Source: Sulfolobales archaeon HS-7
GTDB taxonomy: Archaea; Thermoproteota; Thermoprotei_A; Sulfolobales; Sulfolobaceae
Length of the DNA stretch: 64,000 bases
Direction: 5' to 3'
Assembly: GCA_019704295.1 (NCBI GenBank)
Contig: AP024596.1
Location: 96,001 to 160,000, forward strand
The notes under the pieces were generated by a model. It ran no database searches, was not told where the DNA came from, and worked only from the letters and a program-made list of their open reading frames with translations. The translations under genes were made by a program, and so were the position numbers. Positions 9,015 to 18,651 of this stretch are shown one piece after another (the stretch's first letter is position 1; each line of letters opens with the position of its first letter).

Positions 9015-9260
9015 CTATCTTATAAAATTCAGCGGTTTATGACCCTCAAGAACGTTGAACTCTAAGCTAAAACCTCGCTAGAAAAGCTCGTTGCTAGCCT
9101 TGATTATCGAAAATCACAAAATTATTTGTGATTATATTTAATAAATTAATTTTATATTATTGTTCTCCTCGTAATTAAACGAATTTGATTCTAGACTAAC
9201 GTGTTTATAATTTTTTACTTTATCTAGTTAATTACATTAATTATACATTGAACATTTTCA
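9015..9260 (+). repeat. Dispersed repeat family B, copy 1
   Basis: TTCAGCGGTTTATGACCCTCAAGAACGTT...CGCTAGAAAAGCTC matches 41126-41180; CTCCTCGTAATTAAACGAATTTGATTCT...AACGTGTTT...TTTATCTAGTTA matches 43957-44025. Confidence 0.7.
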
Positions 9261-9353
9261 CGTTTACCACCAGATGAGAAAGTGGATAATAGAATCACCT
9301 TTATAATATATATCTGATAAAGTTTGAGTCGTCAGTGAATAAAATTGTGGACA

Positions 9354-9524
9354 ATGGCATTACTAGGAGGGTTAGTATTAGAACAGTATTGGTACTTATT
9401 CGTAGTTATTGCCCTGATCCCGTTCATTATAGGGATAGTCTTTGGAATTGTATTGCCCGCGTTTCAAGAGAGACGTAGTAAACCTGTGAAGAAACCCCAG
9501 GTTAAGAAGAAAGCCAAAAAGTAA
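9354..9524 (+). CDS. Small single-pass membrane protein (56 aa) with Lys-rich tail
   Basis: MALLGGLVLEQYWYLFVVIALIPFIIGIVFGIVLPAFQERRSKPVKKPQVKKKAKK*; not in the ORF track. Confidence 0.65.
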   Translation: MALLGGLVLEQYWYLFVVIALIPFIIGIVFGIVLPAFQERRSKPVKKPQVKKKAKK

Positions 9525-9577
9525 TATAGGAAATTTCAACTCTAATTTATAATCCTGACGAACTATCACAGTAGTTA

Positions 9578-11653
9578 ATGAAAAGAACGGATGTGGTTGA
9601 ACCTCTTCGAGGAAGAGGAGGATTTGTGGACGATTTCGACTATAAGGGAAAATACGTTTCGTTTGTAAGGAGTCCTTATCCACACGCAAGGATTTTGAAG
9701 ATCGATTACACCGACGTTACAAGAAAAGGGGGACACGTTTTTACCGGTAAGGATATCCGACTCTCCGCTGTGAGAGCGGGAGAAAGGGAAGGAGGTGAAA
9801 CCTCTTCAATTTTAGCTAGGGACAAGGTAAGATACCTAGGAGAACCCGTAACAATGATTGTAGGGGACGATCCCTATCTACTTGAGGATTTAAAGGAATT
9901 AGTTGTAGTTGATTATGAGCCTCTCGAGCCTATTTCCTCCATAGAAAGGGCACTTAAAGACGACGTATTAGTATTCGAGAATTTAAAATCGAATTTGGTG
10001 CTTAGCAGGGAAACCTCATTTGGTTCCCTCCCAAAGAATGATAAACAGATAGAGCTTGAACTTTACTGGTCTAGAAGCTCTGGAAACCCGATCGAACCCT
10101 ACGCTGCAGTTGTTATTCCCCAAGGGGACTCATTAAAGATAATATCTAATCAGCAAGCCCCTTATGCCGTTATTCAGGAAGTAGAGAAAGCTGTTGGCGT
10201 TAAAATAAATCACATCCCTGCAAGACATGGTGGAAGTTTCGGCGCTAAATTCTCCCTTTCTAAATACCTGACCGTTCTAGCATACGCCTCTAAAAAACTG
10301 GATCTACCTCTTAAGTGGATCGAGACCAGAACGGAACATTTGCTCGCCTCTAACTCCAGTGGGCCAGAAAGGAAGTTCAAGGCTAGAGCGTACTTTAAAC
10401 CTTCAGGTGAGGTCACTGGACTGGACTTCGAGATATGGGAGGATATCGGGGCGTCCACTTTTGCAGGACAGCCATTCAAGCCTACCGGCATCTTAGCAGG
10501 TCCTTACAAAATAAGGAATATCAGGTACTTAGTAAATCTAGTGGCCACTAATAAGAATCCTCCTGGTGCATTTAGAGGAGCTGGTACTCCTCCTCATACT
10601 TGGGCTTTAGAAAGGGTCATGGATAACATAGCCGACGAATTGGGTATTGAACGCAGTACCGTAAGAAAGATTAACTTAATCGACTCCTTTCCATACGAAG
10701 CCCCATATGCAGTATACGAATCGGGTAATCCGAGAAAATTACTGGAGCTGGCTCTATCAAGGAATGACCTTTTCTCGCTTCGTAATAACAATATAGGTGT
10801 AGGTATAGCAACCTCGACAGATCCCAGTACACCCTCGGGTTCTGAGGGAGTCAGACTGTCAATTAAGAATGGAAAAATCGTCATAGGTCTAGGATATGGC
10901 CCTGAGGGTCAGGGAAATGAGGACAGTGCGCGGATCTTAGTGTCGAAGTTTCTAGATATACCGATAGACATGGTGGAATATCAGATAATGGATAACATGA
11001 CAGCACCGCAGTCATTCGGACCAGGCGGAAGTAGAATGGCGGCTTTCCTGTCAGGCGCAATAGCAGGAGCTAGTGAGGAATTATTAGCGAGACTCAGAAG
11101 AAAGGCCTTCTCAATACTAGGTGAAGGGTTGGAGTACAAGAGCGGTCATTTCTATAACGATAGGGGAAAGCTATCAATAACCCAACTCGGGGAGGAGAAT
11201 GTGGATTTCATATTCTCCTTGCAGAGTAAAACTAGGTTCAATGCCTATCCCTTTGCATGCGACGTTGCCGTTGTTAGAGTAGACGAGGATAAGATAACGC
11301 CAATCAAGCAGGTCGTATACATTGATTCAGGAGTTCCGATAGATGAAGATCTCGTAAAGGAACAGGTAATAGGAGGGACCGCAATAGGCATTTCCCTAGC
11401 TCTCTATGAATCATATAAGTACTCAGATGACGGATACCTCTTAACAACATCCCTTGCTGATTACGGAATGCCCTCAGCCGCTGACCTCCCAGAAATAGAG
11501 GTCAACATTGAGTATACCCCCTCTACGTCAAACCCTTATGGCGCAAAGGGAATAGGGGAGATCCCTGTAGGTGTTGCAGCTGCGGCGGTAACCAGTGCCG
11601 TAGAAGACGTAATAAAAAGGAAAATCACCAAGATACCTATAGTGCCCCTCTAG
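9578..11653 (+). CDS. Xanthine dehydrogenase/aldehyde oxidoreductase-family molybdopterin large subunit (CoxL/CutA-like)
   Basis: FVRSPYPHARI, GGSFGAK, GAFRGAG, GQG, GSR, QVIGG, GAKGIGE motifs. Confidence 0.9.
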   Translation: MKRTDVVEPLRGRGGFVDDFDYKGKYVSFVRSPYPHARILKIDYTDVTRKGGHVFTGKDIRLSAVRAGEREGGETSSILARDKVRYLGEPVTMIVGDDPYLLEDLKELVVVDYEPLEPISSIERALKDDVLVFENLKSNLVLSRETSFGSLPKNDKQIELELYWSRSSGNPIEPYAAVVIPQGDSLKIISNQQAPYAVIQEVEKAVGVKINHIPARHGGSFGAKFSLSKYLTVLAYASKKLDLPLKWIETRTEHLLASNSSGPERKFKARAYFKPSGEVTGLDFEIWEDIGASTFAGQPFKPTGILAGPYKIRNIRYLVNLVATNKNPPGAFRGAGTPPHTWALERVMDNIADELGIERSTVRKINLIDSFPYEAPYAVYESGNPRKLLELALSRNDLFSLRNNNIGVGIATSTDPSTPSGSEGVRLSIKNGKIVIGLGYGPEGQGNEDSARILVSKFLDIPIDMVEYQIMDNMTAPQSFGPGGSRMAAFLSGAIAGASEELLARLRRKAFSILGEGLEYKSGHFYNDRGKLSITQLGEENVDFIFSLQSKTRFNAYPFACDVAVVRVDEDKITPIKQVVYIDSGVPIDEDLVKEQVIGGTAIGISLALYESYKYSDDGYLLTTSLADYGMPSAADLPEIEVNIEYTPSTSNPYGAKGIGEIPVGVAAAAVTSAVEDVIKRKITKIPIVPL

Positions 11654-11656
11654 CCC

Positions 11657-12034
11657 TTAGAAGAAAAGCGATCTGTCAGCATCTAATGTAAGGTCTATGA
11701 GCGTGGAACCCCCTACTATACTTACGTCAGATATTACCTGGTCTTCTCTCATATGGCACATATCCTTCAAACTCTGAATACAAACGTACATTTTAACTCC
11801 GTTATCTTTTGCCATATCAAAAAACCTGATAAACGGGTTATCCCCTTTTTTCCTCTCCTCCTCTTGCCACTTTTTATCTAATAGAAGAGGTCCCTTTATC
11901 ATGAAAAATACTGACGTGTCCATTTCCATGGAGGCTGCTATCGATGCCATAAACATTGGGGCATACGTCCTGTCTATATCCTCTGGACCGTGGGTAACTA
12001 CAATCAATATTTTCTTCTTCTCTTCCTCAGCCAT
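11657..12034 (-). CDS. dsrE3A: Sulfur-trafficking protein DsrE3A
   Basis: [14 protein letters not shown], Cys-X7-Cys (CIQSLKDMC); divergent from dsrE2B-tusA as in Sulfolobales sHdr loci; GGTGA SD before the ATG at 12034. Confidence 0.85.
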   Translation of the reverse strand: MAEEEKKKILIVVTHGPEDIDRTYAPMFMASIAASMEMDTSVFFMIKGPLLLDKKWQEEERKKGDNPFIRFFDMAKDNGVKMYVCIQSLKDMCHMREDQVISDVSIVGGSTLIDLTLDADRSLFF

Positions 12035-12210
12035 AAACTTCACCAAAAAGATGTTACTAATACTAGATTAAATTTCTTTCTTTTAGCATTAACTAGATTA
12101 TGTCATAAACTTTACGAAATTTGTGTAGTAATAAAAATCAATAATATTTTTGTTTATCTAAATAAGGGAAAACTTAAAAATTAATACTCAAATAATGAAA
12201 TGGTGAAAGT

Positions 12211-12633
12211 TTGTCTCAGGACAAGAAAAAAGTCTCAATAATAGTTTTCTCCGGTCAACTGGATAAACTAATGCCCGTTGGGATAATAGCGAGTGGAGCT
12301 GCTGCGAGCGGATGGGAGGTTAATTTGTTTTTCACTTTTTGGGGACTCAACGCGCTAAGAAAGGACATGTTGGAAAAGAACACAGTAATTAGTAAGGAAT
12401 TTGAAAGTTACGCTCCTGCAATAATGGATGCAATGAAGAAAATGAATTACCCTCCATGGTTCGAATTAGTCAAGCAGGCTAAGGAGGTAGGGGAAGTTAA
12501 GGTATTTGCGTGCTCTACTACAATGGAGATGATGGGTGTTAAGAGAGAGATGTTACCAGAATTCGTTGATGACATTGTGGGTGTAGCGACTTTTCTAGAT
12601 AGAGCCGAGGGAGGAATCACCTTATTCATTTGA
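12211..12633 (+). CDS. dsrE2B: DsrE2-type sulfurtransferase
   Basis: SGQLDK, FFTFWGL, FACSTTMEM, VGVATFL; TTG start after GGTGA. Confidence 0.85.
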   Translation: MSQDKKKVSIIVFSGQLDKLMPVGIIASGAAASGWEVNLFFTFWGLNALRKDMLEKNTVISKEFESYAPAIMDAMKKMNYPPWFELVKQAKEVGEVKVFACSTTMEMMGVKREMLPEFVDDIVGVATFLDRAEGGITLFI

Positions 12634-12634
12634 G

Positions 12635-12880
12635 GTGGTAGAGGTGAGCGTAAAACCTGTGAAAACGGTCGATGCAAGGGGCATGTATTGTCCAGGACCT
12701 GTTATGGAAACTGCAAAGGCAATTAAACAGATTAATGTAGGCGAAGTGTTGGAAATTTTAGCAACGGATCCCGCAGCGAAGCCGGATATTGAAGCTTGGG
12801 CAAGAAGAACAGGAAACGAGATTTTGAATATAGAACAGCAGGGAGATGCTACCAGAATACTTATTAAAAGAGTTAAATAA
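12635..12880 (+). CDS. tusA: Sulfur carrier TusA
   Basis: DARGMYCPGP motif, GEVLEILATDP, DIEAWA. Confidence 0.95.
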   Translation: MVEVSVKPVKTVDARGMYCPGPVMETAKAIKQINVGEVLEILATDPAAKPDIEAWARRTGNEILNIEQQGDATRILIKRVK

Positions 12881-12931
12881 GAGTTTTTATAATATAAAGG
12901 TTTTTTATATTGTTTGAAAGTACGTTATTAG

Positions 12932-13774
12932 GTGTTTGAGTTGGCCACAGTAAAGTTATCCTTACCCGAGGACCCAAGATATCTCGACATGTCATATGCT
13001 GAGCAAGGACCTCTACCAGAGGAAATGAGAAATTTGGATCAGCTTTCGGAAAAAGATAGAAAACTAGCACTAGAATTTTACCAATCGCTTGCTTCCGACT
13101 TTAGATATAACGAATACTTAAGGGGATGCCTCAATTGCGGGGTTTGTACTTCGAGCTGTCCCGCTGCTAAATTTTACGATTTCGGTCCTCGTGAAATGAT
13201 ACAATACATGATGCGAGGCGAGTACGACAAAATTTATGAGTTCACTAACGAGAAGGTTTGGGCATGTGTCCAGTGCTATACCTGTAGTATGAGGTGTCCT
13301 TTCAACAATGAGATAGCCGGATTGATCATGCTACTGAGGGAGTACGCAGTTAAGTTCGGCTTGGAGTCCGCTAAACAAATACTTGCTCCTTATAGACGAA
13401 TATTGTTAACAGTTCTCACTACGGGTAATCAAGTTACGCCAGATATGATACAACCGGAAACATTTGCGGACTGGGGACCGCAGGCCTTAGAGGAATCAAA
13501 AAACATGGATGTCTACAGAAAAGCTATACCTGTGGACCTAATGCAGAGAACGGATATCGGATGGCATGCCTCCTTACAAACTGCAGTGGAACTCATGACT
13601 ATAATGATTGAAGCCGGGGTTATAGAAAGCCTGAAAAATATTGATAAAGATCTATACGATATGATCATCGACATTTATGAGGAAAGGAAGCAATTCCTTG
13701 AGGAAATAAAGGAGAAATATCAGAAAGGTGAATTAAACGAGGAAGAGCTACCCGATAGCTGGCTAGATTTATAA
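12932..13774 (+). CDS. shdrC1: Sulfur-oxidising Hdr-like complex subunit C1
   Basis: Two CxxCxxCxxxCP 4Fe-4S motifs; first hdr gene after tusA. Confidence 0.9.
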   Translation: MFELATVKLSLPEDPRYLDMSYAEQGPLPEEMRNLDQLSEKDRKLALEFYQSLASDFRYNEYLRGCLNCGVCTSSCPAAKFYDFGPREMIQYMMRGEYDKIYEFTNEKVWACVQCYTCSMRCPFNNEIAGLIMLLREYAVKFGLESAKQILAPYRRILLTVLTTGNQVTPDMIQPETFADWGPQALEESKNMDVYRKAIPVDLMQRTDIGWHASLQTAVELMTIMIEAGVIESLKNIDKDLYDMIIDIYEERKQFLEEIKEKYQKGELNEEELPDSWLDL

Positions 13775-13866
13775 CATAAAGTTCGTCAGTTGTGCAATTT
13801 ACTCATTTTGTCATTTTTTTGTGATTTAGACAGAAATCATGATATTTTATTAATAAAAACTTTTTA

Positions 13867-13881
13867 AGTATCAATGATACT
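13867..13881. promoter_or_regulatory. Perfect 7-1-7 palindrome AGTATCA-A-TGATACT, candidate operator
   Basis: Directly after the TTTTTAA TATA-like box and before the GGTGA SD of shdrB1; related ATCATGAT at 13836. Confidence 0.4.
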
Positions 13882-13902
13882 ATTTTGATTAGGTGAATTT
13901 GT

Positions 13903-15201
13903 TTGGAAAGTTCAGTAGAACAGAACCCTGAGAGGGAGATGGAGAGAGCATTTCCCAATGACCTGGATTGGGAGGAAATATATCAAAGGGTTATTTACAA
14001 GTATAGCTCACCCCATGGTATTCAACATATTAAAGAACTTATGTACAAGCTCGAGGATAAAGGGGAAATTATAGTCCAACACATAAAACCCAGCAATAAC
14101 CCAGTGGAATATCAAACAATAAATGGAAACCCCAAGAAAATTCCAACTACCAAATTGTGGAACCATAAGTCGTGCGGGCAATGCGGACATATCCCAGGGT
14201 ATCCGACGTCGGTTTTCTGGATAATGAATAAACTCGAGACTGATTACGTTGACGAACCACACCAAACATCATGTACAGGTTGGAATTATCATGCCTCAGG
14301 CGCTTCTAATCCCGTTGCACTAGCAGGTGTCATGGTTAGGAATTTCTGGAGAGCCTACGAAATAGATTATTACCCCCTAATTCATTGCGGAACTTCGTTC
14401 GGTCATTACAAGGAAATCAGAAACATGCTAATACTTCACGACGAAGTAAGGCAAAAGCTTAGACCAATAATGAGAAAACTTGATATGGACATAGTGATCC
14501 CTGAAGAAATTGTTCACTATAGTGAGTGGCTTTACGTAAATAGCAAAAGGGCTGCGTCTCATAAGAGATACGACCTGTCTGAAATAAAGGCCGCGGTCCA
14601 TACGCCATGCCATGTATATAAGTTAGTACCAGATGATACAATTTACGATCCAATAGTGTATCAGGGGAGAAGACCAGCAGCACCTACCGGAACAGTGATT
14701 AATTTCGGTGCAAAACCAGTGGACTACTCCACATGGTGGGACTGCTGTGGTTTCGGATTCAGGCATATACTTACTGAGAGGGAATTCACGCGATCTTTTG
14801 CACTTTTCAAAAAGGTTGTCCCAGCAGTAGAGGAAGCAAATGCTGACGTGTTTGTCACAAGCGATACTGGATGTGTTACTACGCTTGACAAGAGTCAGTG
14901 GGTTGGCAAGGCCCATGGATACAACTATAATCTCCCTGTTTTAGCTGACGCTCAGTTCGCAGCACTTGCTATGGGTGCTGATCCATATAAAATAGGTCAG
15001 ATTCATTGGCATGCTACAGACGTCGAAGGATTCCTAAGGAAGATAGGGGTTCCCATCCAGGAGTATAAGGAACAATTTATTCAATATCTTCAAGATATTA
15101 AAGAGGGAAAGGCTGAAACGGAGTTCCTCTATAAACCTCATAGGAAAATAGACTTTTACTTAGCCCTTCCTGACAGAGTTCAGTATGAAAGACCTCAATA
15201 G
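13903..15201 (+). CDS. shdrB1: sHdr subunit B1
   Basis: HKSCGQCGHIPGY, QTSCTGWNYH, HCGTSFGHY, WWDCCGFGFRH, DTGC signatures. Confidence 0.93.
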   Translation: MESSVEQNPEREMERAFPNDLDWEEIYQRVIYKYSSPHGIQHIKELMYKLEDKGEIIVQHIKPSNNPVEYQTINGNPKKIPTTKLWNHKSCGQCGHIPGYPTSVFWIMNKLETDYVDEPHQTSCTGWNYHASGASNPVALAGVMVRNFWRAYEIDYYPLIHCGTSFGHYKEIRNMLILHDEVRQKLRPIMRKLDMDIVIPEEIVHYSEWLYVNSKRAASHKRYDLSEIKAAVHTPCHVYKLVPDDTIYDPIVYQGRRPAAPTGTVINFGAKPVDYSTWWDCCGFGFRHILTEREFTRSFALFKKVVPAVEEANADVFVTSDTGCVTTLDKSQWVGKAHGYNYNLPVLADAQFAALAMGADPYKIGQIHWHATDVEGFLRKIGVPIQEYKEQFIQYLQDIKEGKAETEFLYKPHRKIDFYLALPDRVQYERPQ

Positions 15202-15209
15202 GTGTCATT

Positions 15210-16292
15210 ATGGAGAAGAAAGTATTAGTTATAGGAGCAGGGCCAGCAGGACTTTCAGCCACTAGAGAATTAGTTAATATGGACGTGGATGTAATACTTG
15301 TCGAAAGAGAGGCATGCCTTGGAGGAACACCGAAGAAACTTAATTACAGCCTTCTATTCCCTGAGTTAAGACCCGCTTCAGAGGTAATTGATCCCCTAAT
15401 TAAGGTCGCTAAGGAAAGTCCACGAGTTAAAAAATACGTAAACAGCATAATAGACTCAGTTAAAGAGAGTGAGGACGGATTTGAAGTCTCAATCAAAGAT
15501 AAGGAACAAAAGGTCTCCACAGAAAGAGTTTCGGCAATAATAGCGGCTTCAGGTTTTGAACACTTTGACTCTAGAAGGAAATACGAATACGGTTATGGAT
15601 TAATTCCTAATATATATCAAATCTCCGATATTGAGAGAATGCTAAGTGAAAACAAATTAGTGACGACTCGTGGAGTTCCCCCAAAAAGAGTGGCGATACT
15701 ACTCTGCGTTGGTTCTAGGGATGCAACGGTAGGGAATACCTATTGTTCTAGGGTTTGCTGTGCGGTCTCTATAAAGCAGGCCATGGAGATAAAGGAGAGG
15801 GTACCTGATGCAATAGTACATATCTACTATATGGACATAAGGACGTATGGACTAATGGAAGATAAGCTGTATTGGAGATCGCAATTGGAACACAGAGTGG
15901 GTTACATAAGAGGTAGAATTTCCGAATTCATGAGAGGACCAAACGACACCGTCATTATAAAAGGAGAGGACACTATGAATCTCAACAGAGCTCTTGTTGT
16001 GCCATATGATATGGTTATACTCGCTAACGGAATGGAATTAGGTTTAGGTTCTGCACAGGTGGCAAAGGTCTTAGGACTGCGGTTAGAGGAACACGGATTT
16101 ATAAAACCTTTAGATCCGGATAGACTTCCTGTAGTATCTCAAAGGAAGGGAGTATTCCTGGCGGGTGCATTAACGGGACCGAAGACAATGTCGGATTCCA
16201 TAACTGAAGGTCAAGCTGCAGCCATGAAAGCTTACGAATACGTAACGAAGGGTATATGGGAATACGAAGAGATAAAGGTGACTGCACATTAA
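15210..16292 (+). CDS. shdrA: sHdr subunit A (FAD, 4Fe-4S)
   Basis: GAGPAG Rossmann motif, LCVGSRD...YCSRVCC; short HdrA-like length (360 aa). Confidence 0.93.
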   Translation: MEKKVLVIGAGPAGLSATRELVNMDVDVILVEREACLGGTPKKLNYSLLFPELRPASEVIDPLIKVAKESPRVKKYVNSIIDSVKESEDGFEVSIKDKEQKVSTERVSAIIAASGFEHFDSRRKYEYGYGLIPNIYQISDIERMLSENKLVTTRGVPPKRVAILLCVGSRDATVGNTYCSRVCCAVSIKQAMEIKERVPDAIVHIYYMDIRTYGLMEDKLYWRSQLEHRVGYIRGRISEFMRGPNDTVIIKGEDTMNLNRALVVPYDMVILANGMELGLGSAQVAKVLGLRLEEHGFIKPLDPDRLPVVSQRKGVFLAGALTGPKTMSDSITEGQAAAMKAYEYVTKGIWEYEEIKVTAH

Positions 16293-16344
16293 GCAGACAC
16301 TGAATTTAGTTGACATTCATAGTATTACCGAAATTTATAATGCA

Positions 16345-17025
16345 ATGATGGCCAAGGACATAAAGAACACTGGAGGAAATCCAAAGGAATCGATAGAAAT
16401 AATTAGAAAAGCCATGGAAGTTAAGAGCGATTTACTGAAAAATAAGCGAATTTCGAGTGCTAAAGACGTAATGGAAATTTTTTCGATGATATTTTACCTG
16501 AGGAGAAGTGTAAATTCAATAGTGGAGCAGAATAGTATCGCGGAAATCGCGTCAGCTATTGAGAAACTAAGGGATACATCCCTTCCATACGAGGAAAGAG
16601 AAAAGGCATTGATCACTGTCAAGGGGGCTGAAAAAGAGGACTTAGAGGACGCTTCTAGAGAGATAATTCACTTTATCCAACCAGGGGTTTATCCGCTTTG
16701 GACAAGATGGATATGGAATCCTATGAGGAATACAGGTTCACTTACCTACGTTCTTAAGGAGGGTGTAAGGCTAGAAAATAAAGAGCAACTGTTTTCTGCA
16801 TTTAATGAAATCAGAACTGTTCTCGAAACGTTTAATCTAAACACAGGTAACTACTACGGCCTCTCCATATTCTTAGTTTACGCGTATGTTAGGTACTTGG
16901 ATTACACCACACTACTCGCAGTTGATAAGAAGGCAGCAGGACTTCTTCCAACCCACCTAAGTACAACGGCGATGGTGTTAGGGGTAAAACAGTTAATAAG
17001 GGGGATCAATTACGCCAATAGCTGA
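16345..17025 (+). CDS. shdrH: sHdr-associated conserved protein (hyp/sHdrH)
   Basis: Position between hdrA and hdrC2; [14 protein letters not shown]....TGSL motif. Confidence 0.8.
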   Translation: MMAKDIKNTGGNPKESIEIIRKAMEVKSDLLKNKRISSAKDVMEIFSMIFYLRRSVNSIVEQNSIAEIASAIEKLRDTSLPYEEREKALITVKGAEKEDLEDASREIIHFIQPGVYPLWTRWIWNPMRNTGSLTYVLKEGVRLENKEQLFSAFNEIRTVLETFNLNTGNYYGLSIFLVYAYVRYLDYTTLLAVDKKAAGLLPTHLSTTAMVLGVKQLIRGINYANS

Positions 17026-17701
17026 AGTCGAGAAGAAAATAATCAAGGGGTTAATAGAGAAAGATAAGGTAATAGTTGACGGTGTGGAAGTTGATGGCAC
17101 ATGGAATGCATTCATCATAGACAGGACTCAAACTGGCTTTGATACGTCTGTATGGGATAAAATAGCCTCAACAGTAGAAGGTAATACGATCAGTCTGTGT
17201 TGGCAATGCGGAACATGTACTAGTGGTTGTACGGCGCGTGAATACGACCCCAATTTCAGTCCGCGGAGATTTATCGATTTAGCAAGGAAGGGAGATAAGC
17301 AATCATTACAGGAACTGGAATCTAGTCTATGGAGATGCTTCTCGTGCCAGAAGTGCACACATAGATGCCCTAAAGGCGTACTTGTGGAGGAGGTAGTTCA
17401 CGCCATTCACAACTACGCTCTGGAGGAAGGCTTAGTCAGAAAAGATCCAGGAACTAAGTTTGATGAGCTATTCCTAAAGGCCGTTATGGATAACGGAGGG
17501 AGGATTTCTGAATTACTCCTAGGTTCTATGGCGGCGAAATACGGTATGGTGTCGTTAAGCCTTAAAGATCTAATCAACGTTTCGTCTGCTCTTCTTAAAA
17601 CAGGTCTGATAAAAACTGTAATGAATCCGGAAAAAGTAAGAAACTGGGAGAAGATTAGAAAAGTATTGGAAAATGCAATGAAGGAGGAGATTAAACTATG
17701 A
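17012..17701 (+). CDS. shdrC2: sHdr subunit C2 (probable non-canonical ACG start)
   Basis: [11 protein letters not shown] and [12 protein letters not shown]; frame open from 17000; ACG at 17012 follows a GGGGAT SD; first canonical start is GTG 17084. Confidence 0.88.
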   Translation, partial: TPIAEVEKKIIKGLIEKDKVIVDGVEVDGTWNAFIIDRTQTGFDTSVWDKIASTVEGNTISLCWQCGTCTSGCTAREYDPNFSPRRFIDLARKGDKQSLQELESSLWRCFSCQKCTHRCPKGVLVEEVVHAIHNYALEEGLVRKDPGTKFDELFLKAVMDNGGRISELLLGSMAAKYGMVSLSLKDLINVSSALLKTGLIKTVMNPEKVRNWEKIRKVLENAMKEEIKL

Positions 17702-18606
17702 CCGAAACCTATGGAAAAGTCGCATTCTATCCGGGATGTGCCCTCGACGGGCTGGGAAAGCCTTATGAGGTTTCAATTCAATTGGTTGCTAACGATTTAG
17801 GTTTAAAGTACGAGAGGTTAGATGACTATAATTGCTGCGGTGCACTCGAAGTTAAGAACGTAAACACAATGGCAGGTTTCCTATTACCAGCAAGAAACCT
17901 CTCCTTGGCAAATAGGGTAAAAGCGAACACGGTAATGTCGGCATGCCCAGGTTGTCACTACTCCCTATCAAGGACTCACTACTTCATGTCCAAATACGTT
18001 AAGGTTAAGGATAGGGTCAACTTCTACCTAAAAGAAATGGGAGAACTTCCATATGAGAACAACTTATTTATGATCCATGTAGTTGAATTCATTAGGAACG
18101 CTTTCGGACCTGAAAAACTTAAAGCAATTGTAAAGAGACGGTTCGATGGACTAAAAGTTGCACCTTATTATGGTTGTCTCTATGTGAGGCCGAAGCAATA
18201 TCTTCAAACTGGGTATATGAAAATTAAAGACGATCCTGAGAGACCGGTTTTCATGGACGAGCTACTACAATCGATAGGAGCGGAGCCGGTCCAATTTGAG
18301 GCTAAGGTGATGTGCTGCGGTGGTCCACACGTATATTCCGACGCCGAAACCTCAATGCATTTGGAGGCAAGGATCATAAAGGAGGCAGTCAGGAACGGTG
18401 CTGAACTGCTTATCACGGACTGTCCATTAGGACATGTTGCAATAGAGACTAACATGACAAAAATTGAGAAAAAATACGGCGTAAGGATATCTCTAGTTTA
18501 CTTTACTCAGTTACTGGCGCTAGCATTGGGACATTCCCCAGAGGAGGTAATGTTAGATGCTAACATCACAAGACCAATGGACGTTCTCAAAAAATATTTA
18601 CGATGA
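17698..18606 (+). CDS. shdrB2: sHdr subunit B2
   Basis: Two CCG domains (YPGC, NCCG, ACPGC, YYGC, MCCGG, DCPLG). Confidence 0.92.
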   Translation: MTETYGKVAFYPGCALDGLGKPYEVSIQLVANDLGLKYERLDDYNCCGALEVKNVNTMAGFLLPARNLSLANRVKANTVMSACPGCHYSLSRTHYFMSKYVKVKDRVNFYLKEMGELPYENNLFMIHVVEFIRNAFGPEKLKAIVKRRFDGLKVAPYYGCLYVRPKQYLQTGYMKIKDDPERPVFMDELLQSIGAEPVQFEAKVMCCGGPHVYSDAETSMHLEARIIKEAVRNGAELLITDCPLGHVAIETNMTKIEKKYGVRISLVYFTQLLALALGHSPEEVMLDANITRPMDVLKKYLR

Positions 18607-18651
18607 AAGGATTTATAAAAAATGAAGAGTAGAGAGGAGTGGTGAGAGAAT

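Noticed and set aside
9578-11653. Aerobic CO dehydrogenase (form I CoxL)
   Set aside because: The active-site loop is AFRGAG, not AYXCSFR, and no coxMS genes are adjacent
12932-18606. Methanogen-type heterodisulfide reductase
   Set aside because: The C1B1A-hyp-C2B2 order, short HdrA and dsrE/tusA/lbpA context identify sHdr
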